Source of the DNA: Octopus bimaculoides
Lineage: Eukaryota
Length of the DNA stretch: 64,000 nucleotides
Direction of reading: 5' to 3'
Assembly: GCF_001194135.2 (NCBI RefSeq)
Contig: NC_068984.1
Coordinates: 138,872,521-138,936,520 of the forward strand
Under the pieces are notes generated by a model. The model saw only the letters and a list, made by a program, of their open reading frames with translations, was not told where the DNA came from and ran no database searches. This document shows positions 63,956-64,000 of this stretch, piece by piece (within the stretch, counting starts at the first letter, position 1; each line of letters begins with the position of its first letter). The position numbers and the translations under genes are program-made.

Positions 63956-64000
63956 CATCATATGTTTAAAACTCACAGCTTATTTTGCTGGGTATGAGAG

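Overview
AT-rich, microsatellite-dense animal genomic DNA from a gapped draft scaffold; most N-gaps are lined by (TA)n, (GA)n, (CA)n or (TAA)n. The repeat families look like those of a coleoid cephalopod (Octopus); this is recognition only and was not checked. There are two host genes on the + strand. One is a two-exon class A peptide-type GPCR (start micro-exon 12283-12321 spliced to 12605-13750, about 394 aa). The other is a small ankyrin-repeat protein (47163-47729). The rest is mostly transposon debris: three abundant tRNA-derived SINE families, LINE relics (Tx1/L1, RTE, HERO, R4/Dong), Penelope-like fragments, a Helitron, Tc1/mariner, pogo and MULE relics, and several MITEs with intact target-site duplications. 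Structure not shown by the ORF track: (1) several type I hammerhead-ribozyme motifs from different sequence families, most with palindromic helix III loops, including one apparently intact GUC-cleaving copy at 61503-61576 (-); (2) a tandemly duplicated GPCR start exon whose upstream copy is frameshifted by 1 nt; (3) R4/Dong-type fragments starting directly in (TAA)n tracts; (4) long fold-back structures. No rRNA, bona fide tRNA or CRISPR array was seen.
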